Assembly (NCBI GenBank): GCA_951406725.2 | Contig: OX597818.1 | Span: forward strand, 132,990,001-133,054,000 | DNA: 64,000 nt | DNA from: Octopus vulgaris | Taxonomy: Eukaryota | Reading direction: 5' to 3' | Shown here: positions 24,601-38,240 of the stretch, in pieces | Layout of the letters: each line of letters starts with the position of its first letter | Numbering within the stretch: position 1 is the stretch's first letter | Notes under the pieces: model-generated | The model's input: only the letters and a program-made list of their open reading frames with translations | Told to the model about the DNA's origin: nothing | The model's database searches: none | Program-made: the position numbers and the translations under genes

Positions 24601-25259
24601 TACTGTAAAATTGACAGCAGTTACACCCCCCCTCTCTCTCTGCAACATTTTTGTTGTCTTGTTCTATCTGATCCATAACCATTGAAGTTAACAGCCCCTA
24701 GTTCATTTCAACATGTTACAACACATTCACTCACTGAAATACTGCAAGTGCTTTCTTGAGTGTGTTTTCATTTACCCATGTATCAATTAAGAACAGATGT
24801 GATATGCACTAAGTTTCCGTTTTCTTTAGATTATATTCACAGCATATGGCACAAGAAGAAAAAAAAATGGGACACTTTCTGCTAAAGCAATTCTGAATTG
24901 TAATAGTCTTTTATAAAAATATTCATATTTTACAAGGAAAGCTTTCAAACTTGTACCAGATAGACATTTGCATGAGTAAAATTCTTTAAATGTCATATAT
25001 TCCCTTGTCTTTTCATCAAACCGACAAATTTAATTGAGCTTGTAATTTATTAGTTTCAACTCAATTTCTTGTTCAATTTCATGAGTTTTTAAATTACTAA
25101 GAGATTTATGAGCATTTTTTGGAATATTAAAGAAGGTTGTAGGTCCCTGCTTGTTTTTAGGAAGATCCATGTACAGAAAGCGACTTCTAAATTGTGGCAC
25201 CATAACTGATAGCCATTTTTATCAATAAGCTCAGCGACCATCACATAAAATTAGATCAG

Positions 25260-25490
25260 GTACTAGTGTCATGCAACTGGCACCCGTAGTGGTGGCAGGT
25301 AACAGCACCCATTACACTTTCAGAGTGGTTTGCATTAGGAAGGGCATTAGCCATAGAAACCATGCCAAATTAGATTGGAGTCTAGTGAAACCCCTCAGCT
25401 TACCACCCTGGTAGAACCATCCAACCCATACCAGCATGGACAATGGATGGTAAATGGTGATAACGATGATACTTATAATGATGATGACTT
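25260..25490 (+). mobile_element. Degenerate RTE-type 3' end
   Basis: ATTAGGAAGGGCATT...CCAACCCATACCAGCATGG followed by a GAT-rich tail. Confidence 0.7.
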
Positions 25491-25963
25491 ATCTAAAATT
25501 GAATCCAAAAAAATAATATTCTTTTTTGTATGATACCCCAACCTATACTTCAGTTTACTGAATAAGAAAGGGTATTTCTTGCTGTAGATAAATACCATTT
25601 CTCTACAAGAGTTAATGGCTTAGCTACCAAATGTTTACAGCTTTAATCACATATTTAAAGTCACTCATACATACTTTTCGTAGACACACAACAAAGCATT
25701 CCTCTCTAAAATACTTTGTCTTTTTTTCCAAGGGAGGCAACACATTATTCACACTTCAGGGTAAGTTTATGCACATCAGGATAACATAGGATGAATCAGC
25801 AACCATCTGATACTCTATTTCTGCTATATGCTATAGAAAGGCCACAGAAAGCACAAGTTACCCCACTGTTCTCAATTTGATGATGATGATGATGATGACG
25901 ATGACGATGGTGGTGGTAGTGGTGGTGGTGGTGATGATGATGATGATGATAATGTATTTTATC

Positions 25964-26055
25964 TGCTTTCCCTGCCAATGTTTCCTTATACTGCATCTTG
26001 CTTTACATGTATGTGTATGTGTGTGTGTTTGTGTGTGTATGTGTGTGTGTGTGCA

Positions 26056-26094
<39 letters not shown>

Positions 26095-26189
26095 ACGTGC
26101 TAATAGATAGAGAAAATAGCAACAACAGTACACATCTTAACATAAACTGATGTATGCGGTTATAAGTCATGTAAATTATCCTACTAACA
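25964..26189 (+). repeat. Local duplication copy 2 (partner 23503-23710)
   Basis: Direct alignment by eye. Confidence 0.85.
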
Positions 26190-26208
26190 GCTTTATTCTC
26201 AGTTAAAA

Positions 26209-26622
26209 GCACAGGAGTGGCTGTGTGGTAAGTAGCTTGCTTACCAACCACATGGTTCCGGGTTCAGTCCCACTGCGTGGCATCTTGGGCAAGTGTCTTC
26301 TACTATAGCCTCGGGCCGACCACAGCCTTGTGAGTGGATTTGGTAGATGGAAACTCAAAGAAGCCCGTCGTGTATATGTATATATATATATGTGTGTGTG
26401 TGTGTGTTTGTGTGTCTGTGTTTGTCCCCCTAGCATTACTTGACAACCGATGCTGGTGTGTTTACGTCCCCGTCACTTAGCGGTTTGGCAAAAAGAGACC
26501 GATAGAATAAGTACTGGGCTTACAAAGAATAAGTCCCGGGGGTCGATTTGCTCGACTAAAGGCGGTGCTCCAGCATGGCCGCAGTCAAAATGACTGAAAC
26601 AAGTAAAAGAGAGTAAAGAGAG
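26209..26622 (+). mobile_element. SINE family B, full length
   Basis: As 15777-16203. Confidence 0.92.
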
Positions 26623-27044
26623 TATTTGTCTAAAATATTTTGTAGATTTCAGTGAATCAATATTATGCATGCAATGCTACAACAGCTTACAGTCAGTTAT
26701 AGAAAGGCTGGGGTATAATAATACTATGAAGGAAAAAAAGGTATTATAATTCAAGCAATAACAAATACCAGTGACTGATTCTTGTGATCAGAAGGTTGAT
26801 GTTATTGAATAACATATTCGGTGCGGTATTGCATAAGCTTTCTGACACCAGCTTGAAAGATATTTCAATATCTGAGAGGCATAATAGGAGACATTATGCC
26901 AACAATATTTTGTTAGAAAATGATTAATAATGAAGGCTATTCTATATTTGCTGTCAATTGTAACCTTAAGAATTGTTCAAGTGTTTCAGTATTGTAGTCC
27001 CTCACTTAACCAATATTATATGCATATGTAATATTATAATATAT

Positions 27045-27140
<96 letters not shown>

Positions 27141-27355
27141 TTATATTAAATTAGAGATAAAAACCACTATTAGGGAAATCATACAATGAAAAACTTCTGG
27201 GTATTAGCGCAAGTCAATACATAAGATTAATTAATTTATATTATTTTTTCCCATTTTTAATGAATTTTTATTTTTTGGCTATATCTCAAAATTATTAAAA
27301 AAAGATAATTAGTATATATATGTATATATATATATACACACATATATACATATAT

Positions 27356-27399
<44 letters not shown>

Positions 27400-27499
27400 G
27401 GATTCGCTTTCACATTAGAGAATAGTTAATTTACTTAGGAAAGGAAAATAAAAGTTAATTTGATTTTATAATAACATTGTTAATTATTTTGACAAGGTG

Positions 27500-27757
27500 A
27501 TATGCAAAAGGCACCTGTACAGGTGACATGCAAAAGGTACCTGTGCCAGTGACAAGTAAAAGGTACCCATCCAGTGACACATAAAACACACCCTGTACAC
27601 TCTATGGAGTGGTTGGTGTTAGGAAGGGCATCCAGCCCTAGAAACCAAGACAAAATAGTTTGGAACCTGGTGCAGCTCTCTGACTCAACAGTTCCAGTCA
27701 AACCATCTTACCCATGCCAGAATAGAAAACATGAGCTAAATGATGATAATGATGATT
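27500..27757 (+). mobile_element. Degenerate RTE-type 3' end
   Basis: GGTTGGTGTTAGGAAGGGCATCCAGC plus GAT tail. Confidence 0.7.
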
Positions 27758-28290
27758 GTTAATTACTTTGTAACTAATGAGGATGTTGCAGATGAGATCT
27801 GTTTTATAAAAACTATTTTTATCGTAGAAACTATGGCTACATCTTCTAAATGCCACAGTGTGTAGTTTTGTGTAGAGGTGATACAATGTTCAATAAGGTT
27901 TATCCAAAAGTTGGTTATTTCTAGCTGAAAAACTATTCCTTATACCCAGTAGTGATGCCTGGATAGGTACTGTATGCAACTTTTAATGGTGCTGAATTGG
28001 CAAGACCTTTAGAGTGTCAGACTGGTAATATTCACTCCCCTCTTGGTATTCTAATTTCAAATACTGCAACAGACAACTTTAGCTTTCATCCTTTAAGATT
28101 CAACAGCTAAGTTCCAGTTCTGTACCAACATTAGGGTCGATTCGTCTTACAAAGAATAAGGCCAGTACTTATTCTATCGGTCTCTTTGCCGAACCGCTAA
28201 GTGACGGGGACGTAAACACACCAGCAAATATGTAACTACTGTGACAAGAACAGTAGTTACATATGCATAGTTGCTACCAACTATCTGTTT

Positions 28291-28430
28291 ATGTCTCTGC
28301 TGAAGAAGAAATTGGTTTGGAATAAGATGGACTCTGACAGGTCTAAGATTGTCCAAGATCTGTCGGTCAGTCCCAACAGTATCCCATCTCAGCAACTTCA
28401 TCAGGAGTTAGCAACCCAAAGCAAGGCAAG
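28291..28430 (+). other. Candidate coding exon (unverified)
   Basis: Open frame MSLLKKKLVWNKMDSDRSKIVQDLSVSPNSIPSQQLHQELATQSKA, locally higher GC, ending at a consensus donor AAG|GTAAGT. No homology recognised. Confidence 0.2.
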
Positions 28431-30858
28431 GTAAGTGGATTATTTTCTGTAGATTAGGAATTATCTCAACAAAACTTTCAGCAGTATAAGAAGTTGAAAC
28501 AGTATCTTACAGAGGTACTCATATGGAATCTTTAAACATAACTGAGTCTTTACATCAGTACAAAACATAGTTTTATGCTGTTATCTAAGAGAACAATTAA
28601 TGCAAAAATAGTTAATCTGACTTGTACTTATTTTGCTTCTGATTTTCTCAACCATTTTAATAAATAAGGATTTGAAGTCATACACAAAGATCTTAGGACA
28701 GCAAGATCAAAGTAATACAGTAAAGTAATACAGTCATGTAAAAGAGAATTTTTTTTTCTTTTTTTTCAATTTTTACAATTCTAAAGTGTGTACACAGCAC
28801 TTTTCAGTTTTTGTTGTTACTTAACCCCAGATCATTCTTCATTGATCAGACTTATGTTCAAAAGTGTCTCAGCTATCACCCTTTCATTGTATAATCAAAT
28901 ATAATGTATTCAGAGTTACATTATCAAATGTGTACTTTCTTTTTTAAGATAATAGACAGTGTTTTAAGAGTGATTTAGCTGTTATTTCTTGTAGGTTAAA
29001 CAACCTCTTAGTAGTTCCAACTTTGGTTTCTTTTATTCAGGTGTAGTTTAATGTGAAAATGCAGACAGATTTCATATGCACCTCATAGTGGCAGACGAAA
29101 TTAAATTGTCTCCCTTGTTATGTGATCATTACCAATCATTAGAATAATTTTTTTTCCTTTGCATATTAAGCTATGAAAAGAAATATTTAGAAAAGAAAAA
29201 TTTGATATCAGTTTTGACGTTGGGTGCCTTTTTCTCTTAGCATATTAAGCAAACATTGAGAATATCTTAATTTCATGGCAGTATATTCTGAAAATGTTTC
29301 AATAAAATACTTTATCTCATTAACCATATTCAAGTATTCAATTTTTATCGTAGTATAACTATTTTTAGTTTGTTTAGATTCCAGTTTATAACAAAAAGGA
29401 AAAAAAAAATTCACTGATAGGCCTGAATTTAAAAATGAATTTATTGGAGACCAATTTTATTGATATGACAAGAGTAAACAATAAAAGAAAAAAAAAATAA
29501 TAAAATGCCCAGGCCGCACTAAATTATGCTAATTGTTAAACTGCTCTGGTGAAGTTATTTAGTATGTGTAAAAAAATCAATAAAGATGCCACTAGTATTT
29601 CACTAATTGTCTATTTCAATTATTCCATCCTCTAGGGATCTTGGTACACATATTGTCAAAAGAGCATTAACTTCCATGAGTAATGAGAACCTCATGAATT
29701 TCAAGTTCAATCAAACTTGAACAATTGATAGTCTGGAGTTTACTAATTTTTTTTTTTTTTTTTTGTTTTTTTGTTTATGGGTGATTTTGTTTTCTTTTTT
29801 GTTGTTAGATTTGTTGTTGTTGTTGTTGTTGTTGTTGTTATTTTATTGTCCTGACAATTTAACTGCTTGTAGTTGGTGGCCAAAGATATGCAAGAACACA
29901 AACACAAGATTTTAATATATAATAGTTTTGACCAAAATAATTGCTTTCAATGTACCCCATTAAAGTCTTTTTGATTAAAAGACGCAAAAACAAAATAAGT
30001 ACTTCGATACAGAAATTACAGAAAGAGTATTTGAAAGCTAGAAATGACAAAGGAACAGAATATAATAAAGGCAGCAAATCAAATGAACAGTAGCAGTCAG
30101 AAATAGAAACAAGATGGTACCTTCTAATGACTAGAAATGGCTTTTATATGTATTTTATGTTCAAATTTCTCAAAGTATGTTAATGCACACACCTGTCCAT
30201 ATGTGTCAATGTGTATCTGTGTTTGAGTGTGTGTGTGTGTGTGTGCATGTGTGTACGTGTGTGTGTGTGTGTGTGTGTATGTGTGTGTGTGTCTGAATGC
30301 ATGCTAATATGTGACAAGCACAGTTAGTTACATATGCATAGTTGCCACCAACAGCAAAATGCAGTGCTAAGACAATAAGACAATAAGACTGCACAAAGAC
30401 TACAATTTATTTACAAGACATCAAGTAAAAAAGGAAAAAAATTTTATCAGAGGAAAACATCAAGAATTGTTTGAAATTCTGCAAGAATTATAAATTATGA
30501 AAAAAAAAAAAAAATTGGCTCAAAGTCATGCCTAGTGATGTTGCATCTATCAAACAATTTGCATCTAATGCTCTCTTGATTGTTATTTATGAAACAATCT
30601 CAGGTATATACTTGAAATAATCAAGCAATGCCCATCCATTATGATATGAGGACCGTTTCTGAAAATGGAAGATTTGATAGTTTGGATAATACCACAAGGT
30701 GCAACCATAAATGATAATCATTGAAACATACTTGAGTATTTGAAAAAGTCCTCTTAGTCTTCCATAATTACATCATCTAATAGGATGATGCATGTTGTCA
30801 TTAAGCAAAACATGAAAAACTGGTGTAGAGCTGATAAAATTACTCTGTTGGGTAAATA

Positions 30859-30999
30859 TTAGGTTGTCCCAAAAGTTCGTAAACACTTGCGAAAATTGAA
30901 TTTTTACTCACCAAGTACTAACAAAAACAACAAAAATTATTCCTCAAAATAAAGACCATTATTTTCCAAGACTTTCTACGAACTTTTGGGACAATCTTA
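30859..30999. mobile_element. Tc1/mariner-type MITE (141 bp), TA TSD
   Basis: TA|TTAGGTTGTCCCAAAAGTTCGTA ... TACGAACTTTTGGGACAATCTTA|TA. Confidence 0.85.
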
Positions 31000-31044
31000 T
31001 AGTTGAAATCATCTTCTCGGCACTTCAAAAAATATATATGATTA

Positions 31045-31400
31045 GATGCAGTATTAGCTGTTGGTTAAGAAGTTCTCTTTGTAGCCATGAGGTTTGGGGG
31101 GTTTCAGTCCCATTGTGTAGTACCTTCGATAAGGGTCTTTTATTATAGCCCTAGGTTGACCAAAGCCTTGTGAGTAGATTTAGTCGATGGAAACAGAAAT
31201 AACTCTGTTATTTGTGTGTATGTGTATGCATGTATGTGTGTGTGTATGAGTGTTTGTGTGTGTGTGTGTGTGTCTATGTACATGTGTGTGTATGTTTGGG
31301 CCTCCATATTTGGACATTACATACTAGTTGTAAATAAATGTCACCATTATCCAAAATGGTGTCATTCAATTGCAATCCTCCATGGAATCATGTTCTGCCT
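31045..31400 (+). mobile_element. Old SINE B-related copy
   Basis: Degenerate head, CCAAAGCCTTGTGAGTAGATTT, internal TG tract. Confidence 0.55.
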
Positions 31401-32052
31401 TTGTGCTGTTCGTGGTTGAAGACTGGAAGAAATATTGCATTGCTTGGAAGCAAGTGAGAGTTGGTATCAGGCAGCACATCCAACTGCAGAAATCTGTTCC
31501 AATAGATCTGGTCTGACCCATGAAAGCAAGGAAAAAATGGATGTTGATGATGATAGATGACAATGATGACGTTGACTACAACAATGACAACAACAATATA
31601 AAAAAGAAAACTGCAGACTACTTCATCAATTTCAAATTTAAAAGAGAAGATACTAGAGACTTGAATACTAAAAATAATCACAGATCACTGCAAGAGGTTG
31701 TTTGAAAGCATTCCTGACCATATTACTTCTATACTGTAAGAAAAAGGGTATCATTTAAAGTATTGTGCAATAGGACTTTAATATTTATCCTGAGAACAAG
31801 TTTCTTGAGTTAGCTGCTCATTTTTATTATAAAATATGTCTTGCTTTTTTTTCTTCATTGTCAATGCAAAAGTACAAGATATCTGAATGCTGAAAATAAG
31901 CTCATAAACTGCAGTGTAAGTTATGATCTACCTTTAGTTAAATACACATTTGGAGTTGCAAGAGAGTGATGTACTGTCCAGAATTGAAACTATAACCTTC
32001 CAGTTAGTTAAGAGTTTATTCAAACATGGGCTGACAAAAAAAAATAATAATA

Positions 32053-32115
<63 letters not shown>

Positions 32116-33339
32116 CTTCACATCAAGACTATTCTTACACACAAACACATATTCACACACATGTTTTATCCCACATATAATTTTTGTTGGAAAATTTGTC
32201 ATTTATTCTTTTGCTATCAGAATCAAAATATAGACAGTAACATCACAAGTATACTGTATATCTTTAGTTGAAAATATAATCAATTAGAAAAGATCATGTT
32301 ACAAGAATCATATACAATATGGCTTTTCTTGAAGTATATTTTTGTGAAGGGAAAATCCAAAGAGAATTTATTTAAAGTTTTCTTTCTACATAGATGTTTA
32401 TTTTCACTATAGTTTTTTTTTTCTCCATGTATTATTCCAAAATCAAAGTGTAGCACTTTGTAAGCTAGTAAATACAGCAAAGGGGATTTTAGCTTAATAA
32501 AATAAAATGGTCTTTGCAAAAGGATCTATATATGAGAAAAGAAATACACAACTGAAAGCATCAACAATGTAAAATAATCAGAAAGAAAATAAGTTTGTGG
32601 GGATCAGAAACTGTATCTGGTTCTGATACTCTCAAGTGAAAACTAAACTTTTTTTTCGTTTTTTATTTCAATATGTATCACAATATATTGATTTGTTTTC
32701 ATGTCTTCCACAGTGTCAAAATGTATCTTTCTCTCAAAGGACACACTGGCAAGGATTTATGACAGCTTCTATTGACTACAGTCAATAACGTGTCTTTGTC
32801 TTTTATTGTTGTTTTTAATATTGGAATATCCTATGAATACTTTTTAATCTTCATGTAGATAAATAACTAAAAGAATGTACATATTTTCAAATCAGATCAA
32901 TCTCTGTAGTAAAGTTTATTTGTTTCAATATTTTGCTTTTTAATTTTAGAATATCTTTGCTGTATCTGTCTCTACCATAGTTCAAATTAACAAAAATAAT
33001 TCTTGAGGTATTTTTAATAGAAAGAGTATGCCTAGAGATCTAGAATGATATTTATCAAAACTAATATGAATTAACAAAACAACATATGTAATTTAATATA
33101 GACGTGTTAGTGGGGTTTCATTTCATAAGTTTTTATCTATGAGAAAAAGAAAGTATAAACTATAAGAAATTATACAAAGTAAAAGTCAATAAAATGATGG
33201 CTCATGAACAGACACAAAAATTGTGACAAAATTATCAGAAATCTCAATTTTAGAGTAGATCAAGTATCATTTGTGTATGTACAATAAATCAAATGAATGA
33301 GGAATAAAAATGCAATCATAATTATATTGAAAATATGTA

Positions 33340-33565
33340 GCAAGCAGGCAGAATTGTTAAAATGCCAGACAAAATACTTAGTAGCATTTTGTCCATCTTT
33401 ATGTTCTGAGTTCAAATGCCACCAAGGTTGATTTTACCTTTCATCCTTTTGGGATCAATGAAATGAGTACCAGTCTATTACATTAACTACTAGGGTTAAT
33501 GTAATAGACTAGCCCCCCCTCCCCCCAAAAAAATTCAGGTTTTTTGCCTATAGTAGAAAGGATTA
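33340..33565 (+). mobile_element. SINE family A, degenerate
   Basis: GAGTTCAAATGCC...CCTTTCATCCTTT...GAGTACCAG. Confidence 0.7.
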
Positions 33566-33589
33566 TTATTATCATTGTTATCATAAACC

Positions 33590-34200
33590 CATAGTTTATG
33601 TCAAACAGCTACTGTCGCATATAGGACAGATCCGGCTATCAGCGGAATCCATAGTGAGGATTGCCCTACTGATCTCCTTTAACAAGGAGGGAAAGACCGT
33701 TTTCCTGTGTCTAGTGGCTGTAGTGAAAGAGGTGGTATGGTGAACCCGTTTGAAAGGGCTAAGGTCAGACACTTTCCTCTTTGGCCAAGGCCTCATCAAC
33801 TTTTTCAAGTTTCACTTGAAAAGGAAGGTGAGGGTAGAGAGGGAGATGCTGTCTGATAGCAAGTTTACTGAAAGGTGGGTAAATGTCACAAGAATGGCCA
33901 GTATAAATGGACCAATTCTGAGGATACACCTGTAGTATAAAAAAGTATTATAAAAGGAGAAAGGGGCTCTCTACCCCACTTTTGACTAGGCTCCCGTGGC
34001 TTTTATGGGTTTTTACACAAGTAACCTTTCGAAGCGCCTCCCACTATTGGGAATTTCAATTGTTATATTTTCGTTGTTATCTCTGGAATTTTTACACGGT
34101 TTTTTGCAAACGGACAGAACCCTTTGTAACTTTCGTCCTGTGTTTTGTCCCTTTATGTTTTAATTAATTTTTGTCAGCCCTTGTAGCCAATAATCGAATT
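33590..34200 (+). mobile_element. 5'-truncated Tx1/L1-clade LINE (ORF2 C-terminus plus 3' UTR)
   Basis: Reads ...FLCLVAVVKEVVW*TRLKG...LINFFKFHLKRKVRVEREMLSDSKFTERW..., fitting the Tx1-type K..IW..R...F...W ending. T-rich UTR ends in (TTA)n. Confidence 0.6.
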
Positions 34201-34232
34201 AATTATTATTATTATCATTATTATTATTATTA

Positions 34233-34450
34233 AGGTGTCAAGCTGGCAGAATCATTAGCATGCTGGGCAAAATGCTTAGCGGCATTTCATCAATCGTTAT
34301 GTTCTGAGCTCAAATTCCGCTGTGGTTGACTTTGCCTTTCATCCTTTCAAGGGTCAGGGAAATAAGTACCAGTTATGCACAGGGGTTGACGTAGTCAACT
34401 TGCACCCCTGCCCCATAATTTCAGGCCCTGTGCCTATAATAGAAAAGATT
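34233..34450 (+). mobile_element. SINE family A
   Basis: AGCTGGCAGAATCATTAGCA...GCCTTTCATCCTTTC...AAGTACCAG. Confidence 0.8.
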
Positions 34451-35124
34451 ATAATTACTAGTAGGACCTGTGAATATTTCACAGAATTAATGGTAAACTT
34501 ATTGGATTATTTCTGAAAACTTTATCCAAAAAACCTGAATGCATGACCTGTGTTGTGTCTGTATCAAAAGATAGCCACTAATCTGCTAATCATAGAAATG
34601 TGAGGGAAATTGGAATACAATGATTACTTAATGCATGTTATATATACACTTTATATACTTTATACACAATTTTATAGACTTGATACACAGCGGTCTCCCT
34701 CTTTCTCTCTCATTCTTTGCCTTACCCTCTGTTTCACTTTTTTTCTTTCACTCTTCGCCTTTCTCTTCAACTAATCAGACGGGCTAAGTAGTGGAGGAAA
34801 AGAACTTAGTTAAAAAAATTACACATTTCACTTACCACCACCACCTCTCCCTCCACTACTCTCCTCCTCCCCATCTCTCTCATCCCCTCCTCTTCCTTTC
34901 CTCCCCCTTTCCTCCCCCCTTCAACTAATCACATGGAAGCATTACAGATGGGCTAAGTAGGGAGGAACAAGCAGAATTAGTATAAAATTATTATTAAGAC
35001 CAAGACCTGGTAGAGTTGTTAGCATACCAGACAAAATGATTAGCAGTCTTATAATGTAATTGAACAACCTCACTCCCACAAAAAGTGCTAGGCTTTGTGC
35101 CTATAATAGGAAGGATTATCATTA

Positions 35125-35170
<46 letters not shown>

Positions 35171-35473
35171 CATCATTTTGTAGAAGATGGGTCTTTGAAT
35201 TCACTTGTATCACATTTCTGGAAAGAACATTGGTTGATTCTCTTCAAGTGTAGGATAAGTTAAAATCTAAAAATAAATACTTATGCTGAATGAAAATTTT
35301 CCTTGCTACCCCAAATTCAGTTTTGCTTTTGTTTTATTTTTTTATGAGTAATTCGGTGAGATTTCTGCTAATAATTACCCCAATCTGAAGCAGAAAGAGA
35401 GTCTATTTTTCAGACAATCACACTGAGATAGACAGTGTTATATGTCTTTTAACTATGTTATGAGTTCATTTAA

Positions 35474-35915
35474 CCCTTTAGTGTTTAACCCTTTAGTGTT
35501 CAGATTACTATTAAATGTAATACTTTTTCGCTCAAATTGTTTTGAATTAATCATGCATTGTCTAATAGCTTTGAGGTTTCAATGATGTGATTGTTTATTT
35601 TTATAATGTCAATGTAGGTTAGGTGTGAGAGGCTAGATATCACCAGTTTGAATATAAAACATGTAGAATATCAGGGCCAGATATGGCCGGTTTAAACACT
35701 AAAGGGTTAAACCGGCTATATCCGGCCCAAATATTCTACTCATTTTATGCTCAAACTGGCCAGAACCAGTATCTCACATCTACCCTGCAATGTCATTCTA
35801 AAAATAAACAGTTACATCTTTTAAATCTTGAAGCTACAAGATAATACCAGATTAATTTTTTAAAAAGTAAATGAATAAGGATTACTTCTGACATATTAAT
35901 TTGAATGCTAAAGGG
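35474..35915. mobile_element. Nested piggyBac-like MITEs: inner copy 35489-35706 (+) inside outer copy 35474-35915 (-)
   Basis: TTAA at 35470-73, 35485-88, 35707-10 and 35916-19. Removing the inner copy restores CCCTTTAGTGTTTAAACCGGCTATATCC. Confidence 0.85.
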
Positions 35916-37413
35916 TTAAAAGCTCATAGCATTTTTGTCTATGACCTAGCAAATATATCTCTCCCAGTTTGGACACCTGAAAGTCAACAACATCAAAAAT
36001 GTCAGCAGGGAAGGAATTCTAAATAATTGATGATCTAGAAATGGAAGTGATTTAAACATTAAAGGATATTGTGGTTATAATGGGTAATTCAAACTGAAAA
36101 AAAAAAAAAATGCTTTTATGCTTTTCCTTTGTTCATTAATAAACTCAGTGGTAAAGATTTCACTGAACTCACAGAATTTCCTGTCATTCGAATGTAACTT
36201 TCATTCACTCTATATAAGTTCTTCACTTTCATTCATCCAATAAATAACATTTAAATTATTCATATGTTCTTTATATTTCAGTGTATAACCTCTGAAATAT
36301 CAAAAACTAATGAATTCTTTTAATAATCAGAACAAATAGTTTTAAATAGACTTTCATGTTTTCTGGCAGAAGAATGATCTTGGTTAATATGAGGGCAAAA
36401 GGTTTAAACTCCTCCAATGTTAGATAAGGCAACTTAATAAATTCCACAAAGATAATTAATCACTTTAAAAGAAAAAGAAATTGGTCTTACTCAAATGAAT
36501 TTATAATGATTTGGAAGGTGTCATGACAAGTGGCAACAAACTTGGTGTCTGACAATGCTCACCTGTTGAGTTGATAATATATTGACATTACATTAGAAAT
36601 TAGAAAATCACAACTGGAACTAATAAAGATAAGAAAATGGTATGATTTCAAATTAAGAATTCTAATGAGATTATGAAGACCTTTAAATGAACATTCCTTA
36701 AATCATCACAAAAATCATTTCTATAATTTTCAATTAGATTTCCAATCATTCTTACGTACATAATTTTGTAAATTTTTAATTACAGATACATATTTATAAA
36801 TTTGAACGGTTAATTGATATATCATGAAAACACTTTAGTTTTCACTGAACTCAGATAATCTAATTATACAATGTGTTGTGTGTTGTTTGTGTGTTTTAAG
36901 GAGATAGTAATATGAATTCTTCGTTATGTAATTAGTTTTATTTATATATTCTAATTAGAACAATACTATATTTCAGCCCTTTTTCACACTTTCTACAACA
37001 CACTTCTAAGTCAAAAATAAACCTTGGAAAAAGTACCCACAATTTATATTTAATTTACATTTTATTATTATCATCAAACCAGTAGGAACATGTGTGTGAA
37101 GAACCTGCCAAATGCTACAAATAACTTCCCCCACTCACCCACTCATATTTCACCCTTTTATAAAAAATAGGAGACCACGTTGGATAATGTAGTCTTATTA
37201 AGATGTGATCATCATACCTGGAATACTTTGATCATTCAAAGGGATGATTTGAAGTCAAGCAACAACTGATAGGCACTGGCATGACGGTGTGGTTAAAAGG
37301 TCTCACTTCACAATAACCTTGGGCAAGTATTTTCAAATACAGCATCAGGTTAATTAATGTGATAATGTGTGTGTGTGTGTATACACGCATGTGTATGTTT
37401 GTGTGTGTGTATT

Positions 37414-37447
<34 letters not shown>

Positions 37448-37454
37448 TGTGTGT

Positions 37455-37660
37455 CATCATCACCATCATCGTTTAACGTCCTCCTTCCATGCTGGCAGAG
37501 GTTGGGTGGTTTGACAGGAGCTGGCCAAGTGGGAGCCTGCACCATACCTCTGAGTGTGTTTTGGCATGGTTTATATGGCTGGATGCCCTTCCTAACACCA
37601 ACCTCCCTGCAGAGTAGACTGAATGCTTTTTATGTGGTATCTGCACTGGCAAGGTCTCCG
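37455..37660 (-). mobile_element. RTE-type 3' end
   Basis: CATCATCGTTTAACGTCC...GCTGGATGCCCTTCCTAACACCAACC. Confidence 0.75.
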
Positions 37661-37898
37661 AGCAACTTTGAGAGATAGGAAGGTATTGGAGGAGGTGATC
37701 TTGTGTGAAATGATGAAAGAATGAAGCATATAGATATATGATACACGTATATAGATATATTGAAGCACACTACCTACGCATACATACACATGTATGTACA
37801 CACATACACATATACATGTATACACACTTGCATATATCTCTTTCTCCATATGTGCGTGTGTGTTGTGCGTGTGTAAACTTGTCACCTCCTGAACTTTA

Positions 37899-37949
<51 letters not shown>

Positions 37950-37974
37950 AATATAGATACTATTTATATCTATA

Positions 37975-38047
<73 letters not shown>

Positions 38048-38095
38048 TTAAATATATATGCATATATATTTATATATAAATATACATACTACATA

Positions 38096-38240
38096 TATAG
38101 TTAATCCAAACATGAACAAAGAGAAAACACAACAATGCGAGGACATGGAACAAGTATAGTGATATTAGATGAACAGGAAAGAAAAAAAAGAAGGAGGATT
38201 CAACGTTTCAAGTGGAGCTCTTCAGAAAAGAGGACAGCTG
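38096..38240 (-). mobile_element. Probable Penelope-like terminal-repeat fragment with a decayed hammerhead-like motif
   Basis: Abuts (TA)n. Minus strand 38202-38225 reads CTGAAGA-GCTCCACTT-GAAA-CG-TT; stem II does not pair well. Confidence 0.4.
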
